From an uncultured Actinomycetes bacterium (GTDB lineage: Bacteria; Actinomycetota; Actinomycetes; Nanopelagicales; Nanopelagicaceae), in contig CAZUOG010000001.1 in the NCBI GenBank assembly GCA_964622225.1, positions 4,830 to 68,829 of the forward strand: a stretch of 64,000 bases of DNA. The letters run 5' to 3'. Below the pieces are notes generated by a model, which saw only the letters and a program-made list of their open reading frames with translations, was not told where the DNA came from and did not search any database. Positions 21,917 to 31,463 of this stretch are shown here, piece after piece (position 1 is the stretch's first letter; the number at the start of each line of letters is the position of its first letter). Made by a program: the position numbers and the translations under genes.

Positions 21917-22754
21917 CCTTTCCCATATGAGCAAAGCGGTAGAAGTTTACGAACCATTTCGTGCCGGCTTGCCTCCGCTAGGAAGATATTGGCGCTCGTT
22001 ATGGGCGCGACGCTCATTTATAAACGAATATGCCCGTTCTGAGCTCCATGCCAGCCATTTTGACTCGGTCTTTGGCCAGCTCTGGTTAATCTTGAATCCG
22101 CTTCTTTTGTCGGCAATTTATTTTGTGATGATCAGAATCATTTCTGGAAGTGGAGATAGCGCCAGATATGCGCACCTAACTGCGAGCCTCTTCCTTTTTT
22201 ATTTGGTCAGCAATGCAATGAATAGCGGTACAAAATCGATTACTTCAAGTGAGAATTTAATTTTAAATACTGCATTTCCTCGAATTGCGCTACCGCTTTC
22301 AACAACGGTTGTTGCCTTATTCAAGTTCTTGCCAACCATCCCGGTTTTCTTGATTATTAAATTTGCACTTGGATTAGATTTCGGAATAAATATGCTTTGG
22401 GGAGCAGTAGTTGTCATAATTGCATTGGTATTTGGTCTTGGTGTAGCGATCTTGATAGCTACTGCCAATGTTTATATTCGAGACATCTCCAATTTCTTAC
22501 CCTACTTAAATCGTGTTCTACTTTATTTATCTCCTGTACTTTTCGAAGCATCAAGCGTTAATCACAAATTAGCTATCCTTAAGCACATTAATCCTTTCTT
22601 TCCAATTTTGGATACCTGGTCTCGCGCAATGGTTCATAACGAAGCTCTAAATTGGAGCGATGTTGGTGTTGCAGCGATATGGGCTTTCGGAACATTCCTG
22701 ATTGGAACATATTTGTTCTTATCTCGCGAGAGAGAGTTTGCCGTCCGTGTCTGA
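21906..22754 (+). CDS. ABC-2 type polysaccharide/teichoic-acid export permease
   Basis: 282 aa, about 6 TM. Followed by a TagH/RfbE-like ATPase. Confidence 0.8.
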   Translation: MSGNLSHMSKAVEVYEPFRAGLPPLGRYWRSLWARRSFINEYARSELHASHFDSVFGQLWLILNPLLLSAIYFVMIRIISGSGDSARYAHLTASLFLFYLVSNAMNSGTKSITSSENLILNTAFPRIALPLSTTVVALFKFLPTIPVFLIIKFALGLDFGINMLWGAVVVIIALVFGLGVAILIATANVYIRDISNFLPYLNRVLLYLSPVLFEASSVNHKLAILKHINPFFPILDTWSRAMVHNEALNWSDVGVAAIWAFGTFLIGTYLFLSREREFAVRV

Positions 22755-23535
22755 TTTCCATAAAACAGGTGAATTAGCCGTATCGGTACAAGATTTAGGT
22801 CTAATTTATAAAACTACTATTGATAAGAAATTATCACTAACGAATCGAATTAGAAGTTTAGGTCGAGGCACTAAACAAACTCGCATTGTGAATGCGCTTG
22901 ACGGCGTAAATCTTGATATTGATTACGGAAGTGTTTTGGGCGTTGTGGGTGCAAACGGCGCCGGCAAGTCAACAATGATGCGTGTAATCAGTGGCATTTT
23001 GCCGCCAACTAGTGGACGCGTAGAAGTATATGGAAAAGTTTCAACTCTTCTTGCACTTGGAGTCGGTTTCAATAAGCAGATGACCGGCAGACAGAATGTA
23101 ATTCTCGGCGGCTTAGCTTCAGGTTTATCACGCGATGAAATTGAAGCCCACTTTGAAGAGATTGCAGATTTCGCCGAACTCGGCGACGCTATTGATGCAC
23201 CGATGCGCACCTATTCATCCGGTATGTACGCTCGATTAGGTTTCTCAGTTGCGGTGACTGTAAAACCAGATATTTTGATCGTTGATGAAGCGCTCAGCAC
23301 AGGCGACGCTCGTTTCAAAGAGAAGAGTCTGGCTAAATTAAAGGAATTGCGTGGCGATAACCGTGCGTTGATATTGGTAAGTCATGCACTGGGAACAATT
23401 CGAGAAGTTTGCAACGATGTAGCTTGGTTGCATAAAGGCAAATTAATTCAACGCGGCAAACCAAATGATGTTGTTGATGCATATCAGGATTTCCTTGCGG
23501 TCGGAAAGAGCGCAGTTGTTAATGAGGACGTTTAA
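22747..23535 (+). CDS. ABC exporter ATP-binding protein (TagH/RfbE-like)
   Basis: Walker A GANGAGKST, signature YSSGMYARL, Walker B ILIVDEAL. I prefer the GTG at 22747 (8-nt overlap with the permease stop) over the listed 22702. Confidence 0.85.
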   Translation: MSDFHKTGELAVSVQDLGLIYKTTIDKKLSLTNRIRSLGRGTKQTRIVNALDGVNLDIDYGSVLGVVGANGAGKSTMMRVISGILPPTSGRVEVYGKVSTLLALGVGFNKQMTGRQNVILGGLASGLSRDEIEAHFEEIADFAELGDAIDAPMRTYSSGMYARLGFSVAVTVKPDILIVDEALSTGDARFKEKSLAKLKELRGDNRALILVSHALGTIREVCNDVAWLHKGKLIQRGKPNDVVDAYQDFLAVGKSAVVNEDV

Positions 23536-24697
23536 AAGCTTAATAGCTCTTGCTTTATCTTTTTTTCTAATAAGTCCAGCTAATGCTGTTGAGAGTTTCA
23601 CTTTTTCCGGAAATGGTTTGGGCCATGGAGTTGGTTTAAGCCAAATTGGTGGCAAAGCGATGGCTTTAGAAGGTAAGAGCGCAGAAGATATTCTGAAGTA
23701 TTACTACACCGGTGTCACAGTAGAACCAGTTTCAGATTGGTATGACGTCCGAGTAAATATTGGACACCTGCTCACATCTGCTTCAATTCAAATGGTGAGT
23801 AAAACTGGCCAACTAAAAATAAATGATTATGTGATTTCAGATAATCAAACTGTGGCTAACTTCAGATACAGCCCTGCGGGTATTACTACTGTGATTAGAA
23901 AGTCCAAAACCACAATTGCAACTTTGCCCGCAACTAAAAGTATTTCAATCCTTTGGAGCGGTACCAGATTTCTCGACGGAGAACAGGTTGTCGTTGCATT
24001 TAATCCAGGCAAATCTCAACGTTACCAATATGGAAAAATGGATCTTCAAATTGTTGGTAAATTCTTTGAAGCCACGAATACAGTTCGTCTTAAAGATGAA
24101 TATTTATATGGAATATCAGAAGTTTCAAGTGCTTGGCCAACTGAAATGTTACGAGCACAAGCTATAGCTGCAAGAACATACGCAATTTCAAAAGCCGGAA
24201 TCTATCGCCCAAGTTGTGATTGCGATTTATATGGAACGGTTCAGGATCAATTATTTGTTGGCACTGCGAAGTTAACTGAACCAAAATACGGATCACTTTG
24301 GAAAGCAGCGGTAGATGCAACAAGCGTAGATGAAGAGACTGGTTTAACGATTACTTATATGGGAAATCCGATCAGCGCTTACTACTCCTCATCATCGGGA
24401 GGCACCACCGAAAGCGCACTAAATGCTTTTGGAACGGATGTAGATTATTTACAGCCAGTTTCTGACCCAGTGAGCTTGGATCCGGTACGAAACCCAAATT
24501 ACGCTTCATGGAAGCGCACGGTTAGAGAAGCAGTAGTGGCAAAGGCTTTTAATCTTTTAGATGTGCAGAGTTTGCAAATAATAGATAAAAGAATTGAAGC
24601 TACAAGTTTAAATGGCACAAAAGTTTCGTTAAGACTGGAAACTTTTAGATCTAGAACTGGACTGCCTTCGCCCTTTTTTAACTTCGCTCAAAATTAA
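23522..24697 (+). CDS. SpoIID/LytB-domain secreted protein
   Basis: From the ATG at 23522 the protein begins with a signal peptide, [30 protein letters not shown] motif. Confidence 0.8.
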   Translation: MRTFKSLIALALSFFLISPANAVESFTFSGNGLGHGVGLSQIGGKAMALEGKSAEDILKYYYTGVTVEPVSDWYDVRVNIGHLLTSASIQMVSKTGQLKINDYVISDNQTVANFRYSPAGITTVIRKSKTTIATLPATKSISILWSGTRFLDGEQVVVAFNPGKSQRYQYGKMDLQIVGKFFEATNTVRLKDEYLYGISEVSSAWPTEMLRAQAIAARTYAISKAGIYRPSCDCDLYGTVQDQLFVGTAKLTEPKYGSLWKAAVDATSVDEETGLTITYMGNPISAYYSSSSGGTTESALNAFGTDVDYLQPVSDPVSLDPVRNPNYASWKRTVREAVVAKAFNLLDVQSLQIIDKRIEATSLNGTKVSLRLETFRSRTGLPSPFFNFAQN

Positions 24698-25620
24698 TTT
24701 GAGTGAAGGATTGAATTTAAGCCGCCCCAAGAGCCAGTCTTTGATACAACTTCAAGTGCACCTGTTTGTGAATTTCGGCGGAACAATAAATTATCTCCAC
24801 CGCTTAATTCAGCAGCTTTAACAATTTGTCCATCCGGCAAAGTTACCTTTGCGGCTGCAGTTACATATGTACCTGCTTCAACGACACAGTTATTTCCAAG
24901 AGAAATACCTAGACCCGAATTTGCACCGAGTAGAGATTTTTCACCTATAGAAATCACTTGCTTGCCTCCACCAGAGAGTGTTCCCATAATCGAAGCTCCG
25001 CCACCAATATCGCTGCCGTCGCCGACAACTACACCGGCAGAAATTCTTCCTTCGACCATTGAAGTGCCGAGAGTTCCCGCATTGAAATTTACAAACCCTT
25101 CATGCATCACAGTTGTGCCACTTGCTAAATGTGCACCCAATCGAACTCGATCTGCATCTGCAATTCGAACACCTGATGGAATTACGTAATCAACCATTCG
25201 AGGGAATTTATCGACTGAGTAAACAGTTACCTGTCCATATTTTGCGCGCAACTTCGCACGCACTAATTCAAATCCCTCTACTTCGCATGGACCATGGTTA
25301 GTCCAAACTACGTTTGCGAGTAAGCCAAAAATCCCATCAAGTGATTGTCCGTGAGGCTTTAACAGTCGATGCGAAAGTAGATGCAATCTTAAATAAGCAT
25401 CTTTGGCATCAGCCGGTGCTTTTTCAATATCAATTTCAATTGAAACGACTTCTTTTTTAACACCGCGGATCTCATCGCTACCAGCAAGAGCTTGTAACTC
25501 TGGAGCTGGTTGACCACTAAGCGGTGTTAAGGATGGGTTTGGATACCAGACATCCAACACGACTCCGCTTGAGGTGATAGTCGCGATACCGTGACCTGAT
25601 GCAATAGATGACTTGGACAT
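24694..25620 (-). CDS. dapD: 2,3,4,5-tetrahydropyridine-2,6-dicarboxylate N-succinyltransferase (actinobacterial type)
   Basis: 308 aa. C-terminal left-handed beta-helix hexapeptide repeats. Confidence 0.82.
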   Translation of the reverse strand: MSKSSIASGHGIATITSSGVVLDVWYPNPSLTPLSGQPAPELQALAGSDEIRGVKKEVVSIEIDIEKAPADAKDAYLRLHLLSHRLLKPHGQSLDGIFGLLANVVWTNHGPCEVEGFELVRAKLRAKYGQVTVYSVDKFPRMVDYVIPSGVRIADADRVRLGAHLASGTTVMHEGFVNFNAGTLGTSMVEGRISAGVVVGDGSDIGGGASIMGTLSGGGKQVISIGEKSLLGANSGLGISLGNNCVVEAGTYVTAAAKVTLPDGQIVKAAELSGGDNLLFRRNSQTGALEVVSKTGSWGGLNSILHSN

Positions 25621-25636
25621 GAGTGCATATTAGTCT

Positions 25637-26179
25637 GTGCGGATGAAAGTTAGCGTCTTCTGCTCGTCATCTCCGACTATTGATGAAAAACATATTCAAC
25701 TAGCAGCAGATTTAGGCGCGGGCATCGCAGCAAGAAATTGGACGTTGGTATCCGGCGGCGGAAAAATCTCAAGTATGGGCGCGGTAGCCAAGGCTGCAAG
25801 AGCGGGTGGCGCAAAAACAATTGGTGTGATTCCGGATGCGTTAGTAAAAATCGAATTCGCTGACCATGATTCAGATACTTTGCATGTTGTTAAAGATATG
25901 CGCGAACGTAAAGGATTAATCGAAGAGTTATCTGATGCATTCGTTGTTTTACCCGGAGGCGCTGGAACACTCGAAGAACTATTTGAGATTTGGGTTGGCC
26001 GATTCTTGAAATTTCATAACAAGCCAATCGCAATTCTTGATCCATTTGATTTATATAAGCCCCTATTAGAACTGGTGAATCATCTTGAAGCTGAGAATTT
26101 CGTGAAACCAGGCATGCAGGAATTAATTTATTGGGCACGTTCAGTAGATGAAGCACTCAATCACATTGCGGGTAAGTAA
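25637..26179 (+). CDS. LOG family (cytokinin riboside 5'-monophosphate phosphoribohydrolase-like) protein
   Basis: PGGAGTLEE motif and GGG.SSMG. The start may instead be the ATG at 25643. Confidence 0.85.
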   Translation: MRMKVSVFCSSSPTIDEKHIQLAADLGAGIAARNWTLVSGGGKISSMGAVAKAARAGGAKTIGVIPDALVKIEFADHDSDTLHVVKDMRERKGLIEELSDAFVVLPGGAGTLEELFEIWVGRFLKFHNKPIAILDPFDLYKPLLELVNHLEAENFVKPGMQELIYWARSVDEALNHIAGK

Positions 26180-26190
26180 ACTTTCTGATT

Positions 26191-26376
26191 GTGGAGCGTT
26201 TGATAATCGAAGTAATTGAGTCGCTCCCTGAGGAGTACCAATTTGTACTTCGCGCCCATTACATAGGCAATAAAAGTGCTTCAGAGATCGCAAAATTGCT
26301 TGGCGTACCTGCAGATTCTGTGGCGCGCATCATTAAAGCTGGCAAAGCTGCGCTCGCACGGGAATTAGGAATCTAG
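26191..26376 (+). CDS. stand-alone sigma-70 region-4-like HTH mini-protein (61 aa)
   Basis: LPEEYQFVLRAHYIGNKSASEIAKLLGVPADSVARIIKAGKAALAREL has the region 4.2 pattern of ECF sigma factors. No region 2 is encoded upstream, because LOG ends at 26179. Confidence 0.55.
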   Translation: MERLIIEVIESLPEEYQFVLRAHYIGNKSASEIAKLLGVPADSVARIIKAGKAALARELGI

Positions 26377-26443
26377 CGGCCGATTTGTAGCTGGCTGGCC
26401 CGATGCGAGATAATTCTCCTTCAGAACAATGGAGGGTTTTAAT

Positions 26444-26623
26444 ATGGCAGCAATGAAGCCGCGCACCGGTGATGGACCTATGGAAGTCACTAAGGAAGCT
26501 CGTAGCCTTGTAATGCGTATCCCTCTTGAAGGTGGCGGTCGACTAGTTGTCGAATTAAATGCAGAAGAGGCCGCAAATCTCGGTAGCTGCTTGCAGGCTG
26601 CTGTTCAGCTAATTAAGAAATAG
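26444..26623 (+). CDS. DUF3117-like conserved actinobacterial small protein
   Basis: MAAMKPRTGDGPMEVTKE...PLEGGGRLVVEL. GGAGGG Shine-Dalgarno 8 nt upstream of the ATG at 26444. Confidence 0.75.
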   Translation: MAAMKPRTGDGPMEVTKEARSLVMRIPLEGGGRLVVELNAEEAANLGSCLQAAVQLIKK

Positions 26624-26648
26624 CCAATCAGGTAGTAGTTTTACGCGC

Positions 26649-28085
26649 ATGCTAACTTTTAAGCGCGGAGATCAACTTTCAAAAAAAGCTAATCAGATTC
26701 TGCTGCCGGTAGTAGAAGGCAAAGTTTCCGCCCCAGAATTCGCCAAACTATTCGATTTAAATCTAGATGATGAATTGTCGTTCTTTCTAACCGCAGATAA
26801 ACCCCTTAAAGCTGGAGAGATATTTGAAATTCCAGTTAGCGCACAAGGTTATAAATGTGAACGCTTGAGTTTTGTTTCCTTTGGAAAATTAACTAATTCT
26901 GATTTACGTCAAGCAGGCGCTTCAGTTGGTCGAAGACTGCGTGGCAAAGGTGACTTGGTTTTCTTTAAGAGCAATTTGAAACCAGCACAATTGAAGTCAT
27001 TCTTAGTCTCATCCAATTTGGGAAATTTCACTTGGAATCTAAAAACTGGCGCAAAAACTTTCACTGCAGTACTTGAAGTATCAAATTGCGAAGAAGAAAT
27101 TTTAACTAAGGCACAAATTGTCTCTGATGCCGTAAATCGCGCTCGCCAATTGATACATACCCCTTCAAATATTAAGAACCCTGAATGGATTGCAAAACAA
27201 GCAAAGAAGTATGCAAACGGCACCAAAGTTGAAGTGAAATCCGGTGTTCAGCTAAATGAATTTGGTGGTTTAAAAGCAGTTGGCGGATCATCTCCTAAAC
27301 CAGGACCGCGATTTATAAAGATGTCGTATGCACCACGAAAATCTGGTGCCAAGCACATTGTGCTGGTAGGTAAAGGTATTACTTACGATACTGGCGGAAT
27401 TTCTTTAAAGCGTCCATACGACATCATGATTCCAATGAAGAGCGATATGGCTGGAGCGGCAGCATGCCTTGCAGTCATGAGTGCATTGAAAGATTTGAAA
27501 GCCAATGTAAAAGTTACAGCTTTATTGATGTGTGCGGAAAACGCGATTTCAGGAACAGCCCAACGCCCCGGAGATGTAATCACTCATTACGGTGGAAAAA
27601 CTGTCGAGATTCTGGATACAGATGCGGAAGGTCGTTTGGTGTTAGCAGATGGTTTGGCATATGCAGTTAAGAATTTAAAACCAGACTATTTAATCGATAT
27701 TGCAACCTTAACTGGATCGGCCACATTAGGACTAGGTAAGCAATATGCCCCACTATATTCAAGAAATATAAAGTGGATTCAAGAACTGCGCGAAGCGGGA
27801 GAATCATCGGGGGATCGTGTTTGGCATATGCCATTGATTAATGATTACGAAATTGCTTTGCAATCAGATATTGCTGATATTAATCAAACAGCAGACAAAG
27901 GTATTTTTAAAGCAGGCTCAGTGACGGCAGCGTTATTTTTGGAACAATTTGTCGGAGGCGCAAATTGGGCACATTTAGATATTGCTGGTGTTGGGCGCGC
28001 TGAAAGCGACGCTGGCGAAAATCCAAAAGGTGGAACGGGCTGGGGAGTACGTTTGCTACTTGAGTGGATTGGAAGTTTTAAGTGA
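26649..28085 (+). CDS. pepA: leucyl aminopeptidase (M17)
   Basis: VGKGITYDTGG and DTDAEGRLVLAD motifs. Confidence 0.9.
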   Translation: MLTFKRGDQLSKKANQILLPVVEGKVSAPEFAKLFDLNLDDELSFFLTADKPLKAGEIFEIPVSAQGYKCERLSFVSFGKLTNSDLRQAGASVGRRLRGKGDLVFFKSNLKPAQLKSFLVSSNLGNFTWNLKTGAKTFTAVLEVSNCEEEILTKAQIVSDAVNRARQLIHTPSNIKNPEWIAKQAKKYANGTKVEVKSGVQLNEFGGLKAVGGSSPKPGPRFIKMSYAPRKSGAKHIVLVGKGITYDTGGISLKRPYDIMIPMKSDMAGAAACLAVMSALKDLKANVKVTALLMCAENAISGTAQRPGDVITHYGGKTVEILDTDAEGRLVLADGLAYAVKNLKPDYLIDIATLTGSATLGLGKQYAPLYSRNIKWIQELREAGESSGDRVWHMPLINDYEIALQSDIADINQTADKGIFKAGSVTAALFLEQFVGGANWAHLDIAGVGRAESDAGENPKGGTGWGVRLLLEWIGSFK

Positions 28086-28708
28086 AATTTGATTTAGCGC
28101 AGTTTTCGGATAATTACATTCCCGAAGATCCGCACCAAACCGCCGCTCGCGAAAAAGGTGTCGAACTTGGCGTAGTTGACGCAACACCAGGTTCGGGTGC
28201 TTTTTTACGCTACGTTGCTTCTTTAATTTCGGCTCAGTCAGTTGTAGAAGTCGGAACTGGCTCTGGCGTCGGAACTCTTTGGCTACTTAAAGGTTTAATG
28301 AATTCCGGTGTTATAACAACTATCGATCCAGAAGTTCAGCATATTCAAATTGCTAAGCAAGTTTTAGCGGATGCAGATATCGCACCAAATCGATATCGAT
28401 TAATTACTAGTGATTACTTAGAAGTAATGCGAAAACTTGCAGATCGAGCATATGACTTGGTGGTTTTTCGCGGCGAACCAGAAGATGTGCTTGATGTAAT
28501 TGATGAAGCGCATCGAATTCTGCGAGTTGGTGGAATTTTGGCTATCGACCATTTCTTCGGTGGAGGCAAAGTGCCTGATCCTGCTCAAAGAGATCCAAAA
28601 ACTGTTGCGCTTCGTGATGCAGGAAAATTCTTAAAGAGCCAGAGCGAGGTTTGGTCGATTTCACTAAACCCAGTAGGCGACGCAGTTTTACTCGCGACGA
28701 AATTGTAA
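28082..28708 (+). CDS. class I SAM-dependent O-methyltransferase
   Basis: VVEVGTGSGVGT SAM-binding motif. 208 aa. Confidence 0.8.
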   Translation: MKFDLAQFSDNYIPEDPHQTAAREKGVELGVVDATPGSGAFLRYVASLISAQSVVEVGTGSGVGTLWLLKGLMNSGVITTIDPEVQHIQIAKQVLADADIAPNRYRLITSDYLEVMRKLADRAYDLVVFRGEPEDVLDVIDEAHRILRVGGILAIDHFFGGGKVPDPAQRDPKTVALRDAGKFLKSQSEVWSISLNPVGDAVLLATKL

Positions 28709-28721
28709 ATACGCTACCCAC

Positions 28722-29021
28722 ATGTTCGGAGATATCGGTTTCGGTGAAATGCTGGGACTTGCCATATTGGCGCTAGTCCTAGTCGGCCCTGATCGACTTC
28801 CTACTTTTGCAGTAGAAGTAGCAAAACTAATCAAAAAGTTTAGAACTTATGCAGTAAGCGCCACGGATCAAATTAAAGATTCACTTGGGCCAGGATATGA
28901 AAATCTAAAGCCAGAAGATTTGCATCCAAAGAACTTCATTAAAAAGCAGATAAATGAAGCATTAGTTGATGAACCTAAGAAATTAAATAGCAAAGCTAAA
29001 TTAGATCCAGAAATGCTATGA
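28722..29021 (+). CDS. tatB: twin-arginine translocase subunit TatB-like
   Basis: MFGDIGFGEMLGLAILALVLVGPDRLP N-terminal TM plus amphipathic helix. Confidence 0.8.
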   Translation: MFGDIGFGEMLGLAILALVLVGPDRLPTFAVEVAKLIKKFRTYAVSATDQIKDSLGPGYENLKPEDLHPKNFIKKQINEALVDEPKKLNSKAKLDPEML

Positions 29022-30130
29022 GCCAATTATTAGATGCACTAAGTAAAGTTATCGACCCTGAACTTCGCCGTTCTATTACTGAACTTGGCATGGTCGAAAA
29101 AGCTGAATTAAGCAACGGCCGCGCAGAAGTAAAAGTCTTACTCACTATCGCAGGCTGCCCAATGCGTGAAACGCTTACCAATGACATTCACAAAGCTCTT
29201 TCCGATATAAAAGAAATCAAAGAAATTGCTCTTGAATATGGAGTCATGAACGAAGCGCAACGTGAAAAAGTTCGCGACATTGTTCGTGGTGGCAAAGCGA
29301 AAGAGATTCCATTTGCTCGCCCAGATTCTCTAACTCGAGTAATTGGAGTTTCATCTGGCAAAGGTGGCGTTGGCAAGTCTTCGCTAACAACAAATTTAGC
29401 TATTGCGGTAGCAAAGCAAGGTTTTAACGTCGGTATTCTTGATGCAGATGTTTACGGACACTCAATTCCAAGACAGCTAGGCTTAATTGGGCAACGTCCA
29501 ACTGCAATTGATGACATGTTTATTCCGCTGGAAAATTACGGCGTCAAATGTGTTTCGATGGAAATGTTTAAACCTGATCGCGCTGAAGCAGTTGCATATC
29601 GAGGACCTATTCTCCACAAAGTTCTCTCACAATTACTTACTGATGCATTTTGGGGCGATTTAGATTTCTTATTTCTGGATTTGCCTCCAGGTACCGGAGA
29701 TTTGGCTATTTCGCTAGGTCAACTAATTCCAGCATCAGAATTGATAGTTGTTACAACTCCACAAGTCGCAGCAGCTGAAGTTGCTGAACGTTCAGGGCGA
29801 ATTGCTCATCAATTGAAACAACAAATTGTCGGCGTTATCGAAAACATGTCTGCATTTCCTTGCCCTAAATGTGGCGAGAGAATTGAGTTATTCGGAAATG
29901 GTGGCGGAGAAGCAACAGCAGCCAGACTGAGCCAATTAGTTGGGGCAGACGTTCCCGTTCTTGGTCATATTCCATTTAGCCCATCTTTACGTAATGGCGG
30001 AGACGAAGGCGCTCCAGTTGTAATTGGTGCTGAAACTGATCCCGCGGCTAAAGCAATAATTGAAATCGCGATGAATTTAACTCAACGTAAGCGCTCTCTC
30101 GTTGGCGTCCCGCTCAAATTGAACACTTGA
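29018..30130 (+). CDS. mrp: Mrp/ApbC-type Fe-S cluster carrier ATPase with N-terminal DUF59-like domain
   Basis: Deviant Walker A SGKGGVGKSS. CPKC motif. Confidence 0.9.
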   Translation: MSQLLDALSKVIDPELRRSITELGMVEKAELSNGRAEVKVLLTIAGCPMRETLTNDIHKALSDIKEIKEIALEYGVMNEAQREKVRDIVRGGKAKEIPFARPDSLTRVIGVSSGKGGVGKSSLTTNLAIAVAKQGFNVGILDADVYGHSIPRQLGLIGQRPTAIDDMFIPLENYGVKCVSMEMFKPDRAEAVAYRGPILHKVLSQLLTDAFWGDLDFLFLDLPPGTGDLAISLGQLIPASELIVVTTPQVAAAEVAERSGRIAHQLKQQIVGVIENMSAFPCPKCGERIELFGNGGGEATAARLSQLVGADVPVLGHIPFSPSLRNGGDEGAPVVIGAETDPAAKAIIEIAMNLTQRKRSLVGVPLKLNT

Positions 30131-30158
30131 TTCCTTAAGGCTCAATTAGAATTGCGGT

Positions 30159-31463
30159 ATGTCAAAGACCGCGCCTCGTACACAATCTGCGGTCCTTACT
30201 CGAAAAGGGATCCAGAGTTCACTGGTCTCAGTAGCCGGAATTATTGGTCGCCCAGTTAAAGATCAAGATGGTAGAGATCTTGGGAAACTGGTCGATTTTG
30301 TTGTACGCCATGGCGGCGAAACTTATCCTCCTGTTTCGGGCCTGATTGTCAAAGTTGCAGGCCGTCGTGCTTACATTGATGGTGCGCGTATCGCGAAATT
30401 AACTAAAGATGAAATCACGCTCTCATCTGCAAAAGTTAATCTAAATGAATATCAAAGACGTTCAGGTGAACAGTTACTTGATGGTGATGTGCTGGATCAC
30501 CAAATTGTTGATGTTAATGGACTTCGTGTAGTTCGTACTTCAGATCTTTATTTGGCGCCGCTCGATAGAGAAATTCGCCTTGTAGGCGTTGACGTTTCAT
30601 TTCGTTCTTTTGTGCGCCGAATTTTTCCTGGGACATTTGGTCGCAAACCTGGCGTAGATCAAGTAATTGATTGGGCTAGCGTGGCTTCTCTTGCAGATGA
30701 CGGAGGAGTGGTTAGAACAACTGCTACTCGCGAAGCGCTAAGTAAATTGCGTCCTGCAGATATTGCAGACATTATCGAAGACTTAGAGGGTCGCGAGCAG
30801 AGCGCACTCATTGAATTACTTGATCCAGATCTGGCGGCGGATGCGCTTGAAGAAATGGAAGATGATGAACTGCAAGGTTTGCTACGTGGTATTTCAGACG
30901 AACGTGCCGCAGAACTCTTGTCTCACATGGAACCAGATGAATCTGCCGAAGTTTTACGTGACTTGGATGAAGAGCACTCTGAAAGTATTTTGGCGCAAAT
31001 GGCTCCGGCGATGGCAAAACAATTGCGTCGCTTGGTGGAATTTGATGAGACGCATGCCGGCGGCATTATGACTACTCATATATTGATCGTTAAAGAGAGC
31101 GACATCGTTTCAGATGCTTTGAAATTACTAGTAGAGCATCGTGAACGCGATATTTCCGACGGTGTTACCGTTGTAGATTCAAAGGGAAAATTGCTCGATC
31201 ACATCCAAATTATTGAATTAATTGCAGCTAAACCATCAGAAAAGTTGGAAAATTTAGTAAAGGCTCCATTTCCAACGGCGGTCGGAATTGACACTCCATT
31301 AGAGGATGTAATCGAAGAATTTTCTAATAACCGCGGTTCTTCAGTAATTGTGGTTGATCAAAAAGGTAAACCAGTTGGCAGAATTTTGGCCGATGACATT
31401 ATTGACGCAATGGTTCCAGCAGAGTCCAGTGGATTAGCGCAAGGATCTGGAGCGCTTTCATGA
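30159..31463 (+). CDS. soluble PRC-barrel / MgtE N-terminal domain / CBS-pair protein (no membrane domain)
   Basis: 434 aa. An acidic MgtE-N-like helical repeat region (LDPDLAADALEEMEDDEL...) followed by two CBS-like segments. No TM helices. ATGA overlap with the next gene. Confidence 0.8.
   Translation: MSKTAPRTQSAVLTRKGIQSSLVSVAGIIGRPVKDQDGRDLGKLVDFVVRHGGETYPPVSGLIVKVAGRRAYIDGARIAKLTKDEITLSSAKVNLNEYQRRSGEQLLDGDVLDHQIVDVNGLRVVRTSDLYLAPLDREIRLVGVDVSFRSFVRRIFPGTFGRKPGVDQVIDWASVASLADDGGVVRTTATREALSKLRPADIADIIEDLEGREQSALIELLDPDLAADALEEMEDDELQGLLRGISDERAAELLSHMEPDESAEVLRDLDEEHSESILAQMAPAMAKQLRRLVEFDETHAGGIMTTHILIVKESDIVSDALKLLVEHRERDISDGVTVVDSKGKLLDHIQIIELIAAKPSEKLENLVKAPFPTAVGIDTPLEDVIEEFSNNRGSSVIVVDQKGKPVGRILADDIIDAMVPAESSGLAQGSGALS

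Noticed and set aside
22702-22746. Listed upstream start of the exporter ATPase, giving a 53-nt overlap with the permease
   Set aside because: The GTG at 22747 gives the usual short overlap and keeps the whole ABC domain. The extra N-terminal residues look like off-frame permease sequence.
28082-29021. Absence of sigE-rseA-htrA between the O-methyltransferase and tatB, compared with the recalled mycobacterial order
   Set aside because: Gene orientation differs from the mycobacterial locus, and my recollection of synteny is not strong enough. It cannot be evaluated without the whole genome.
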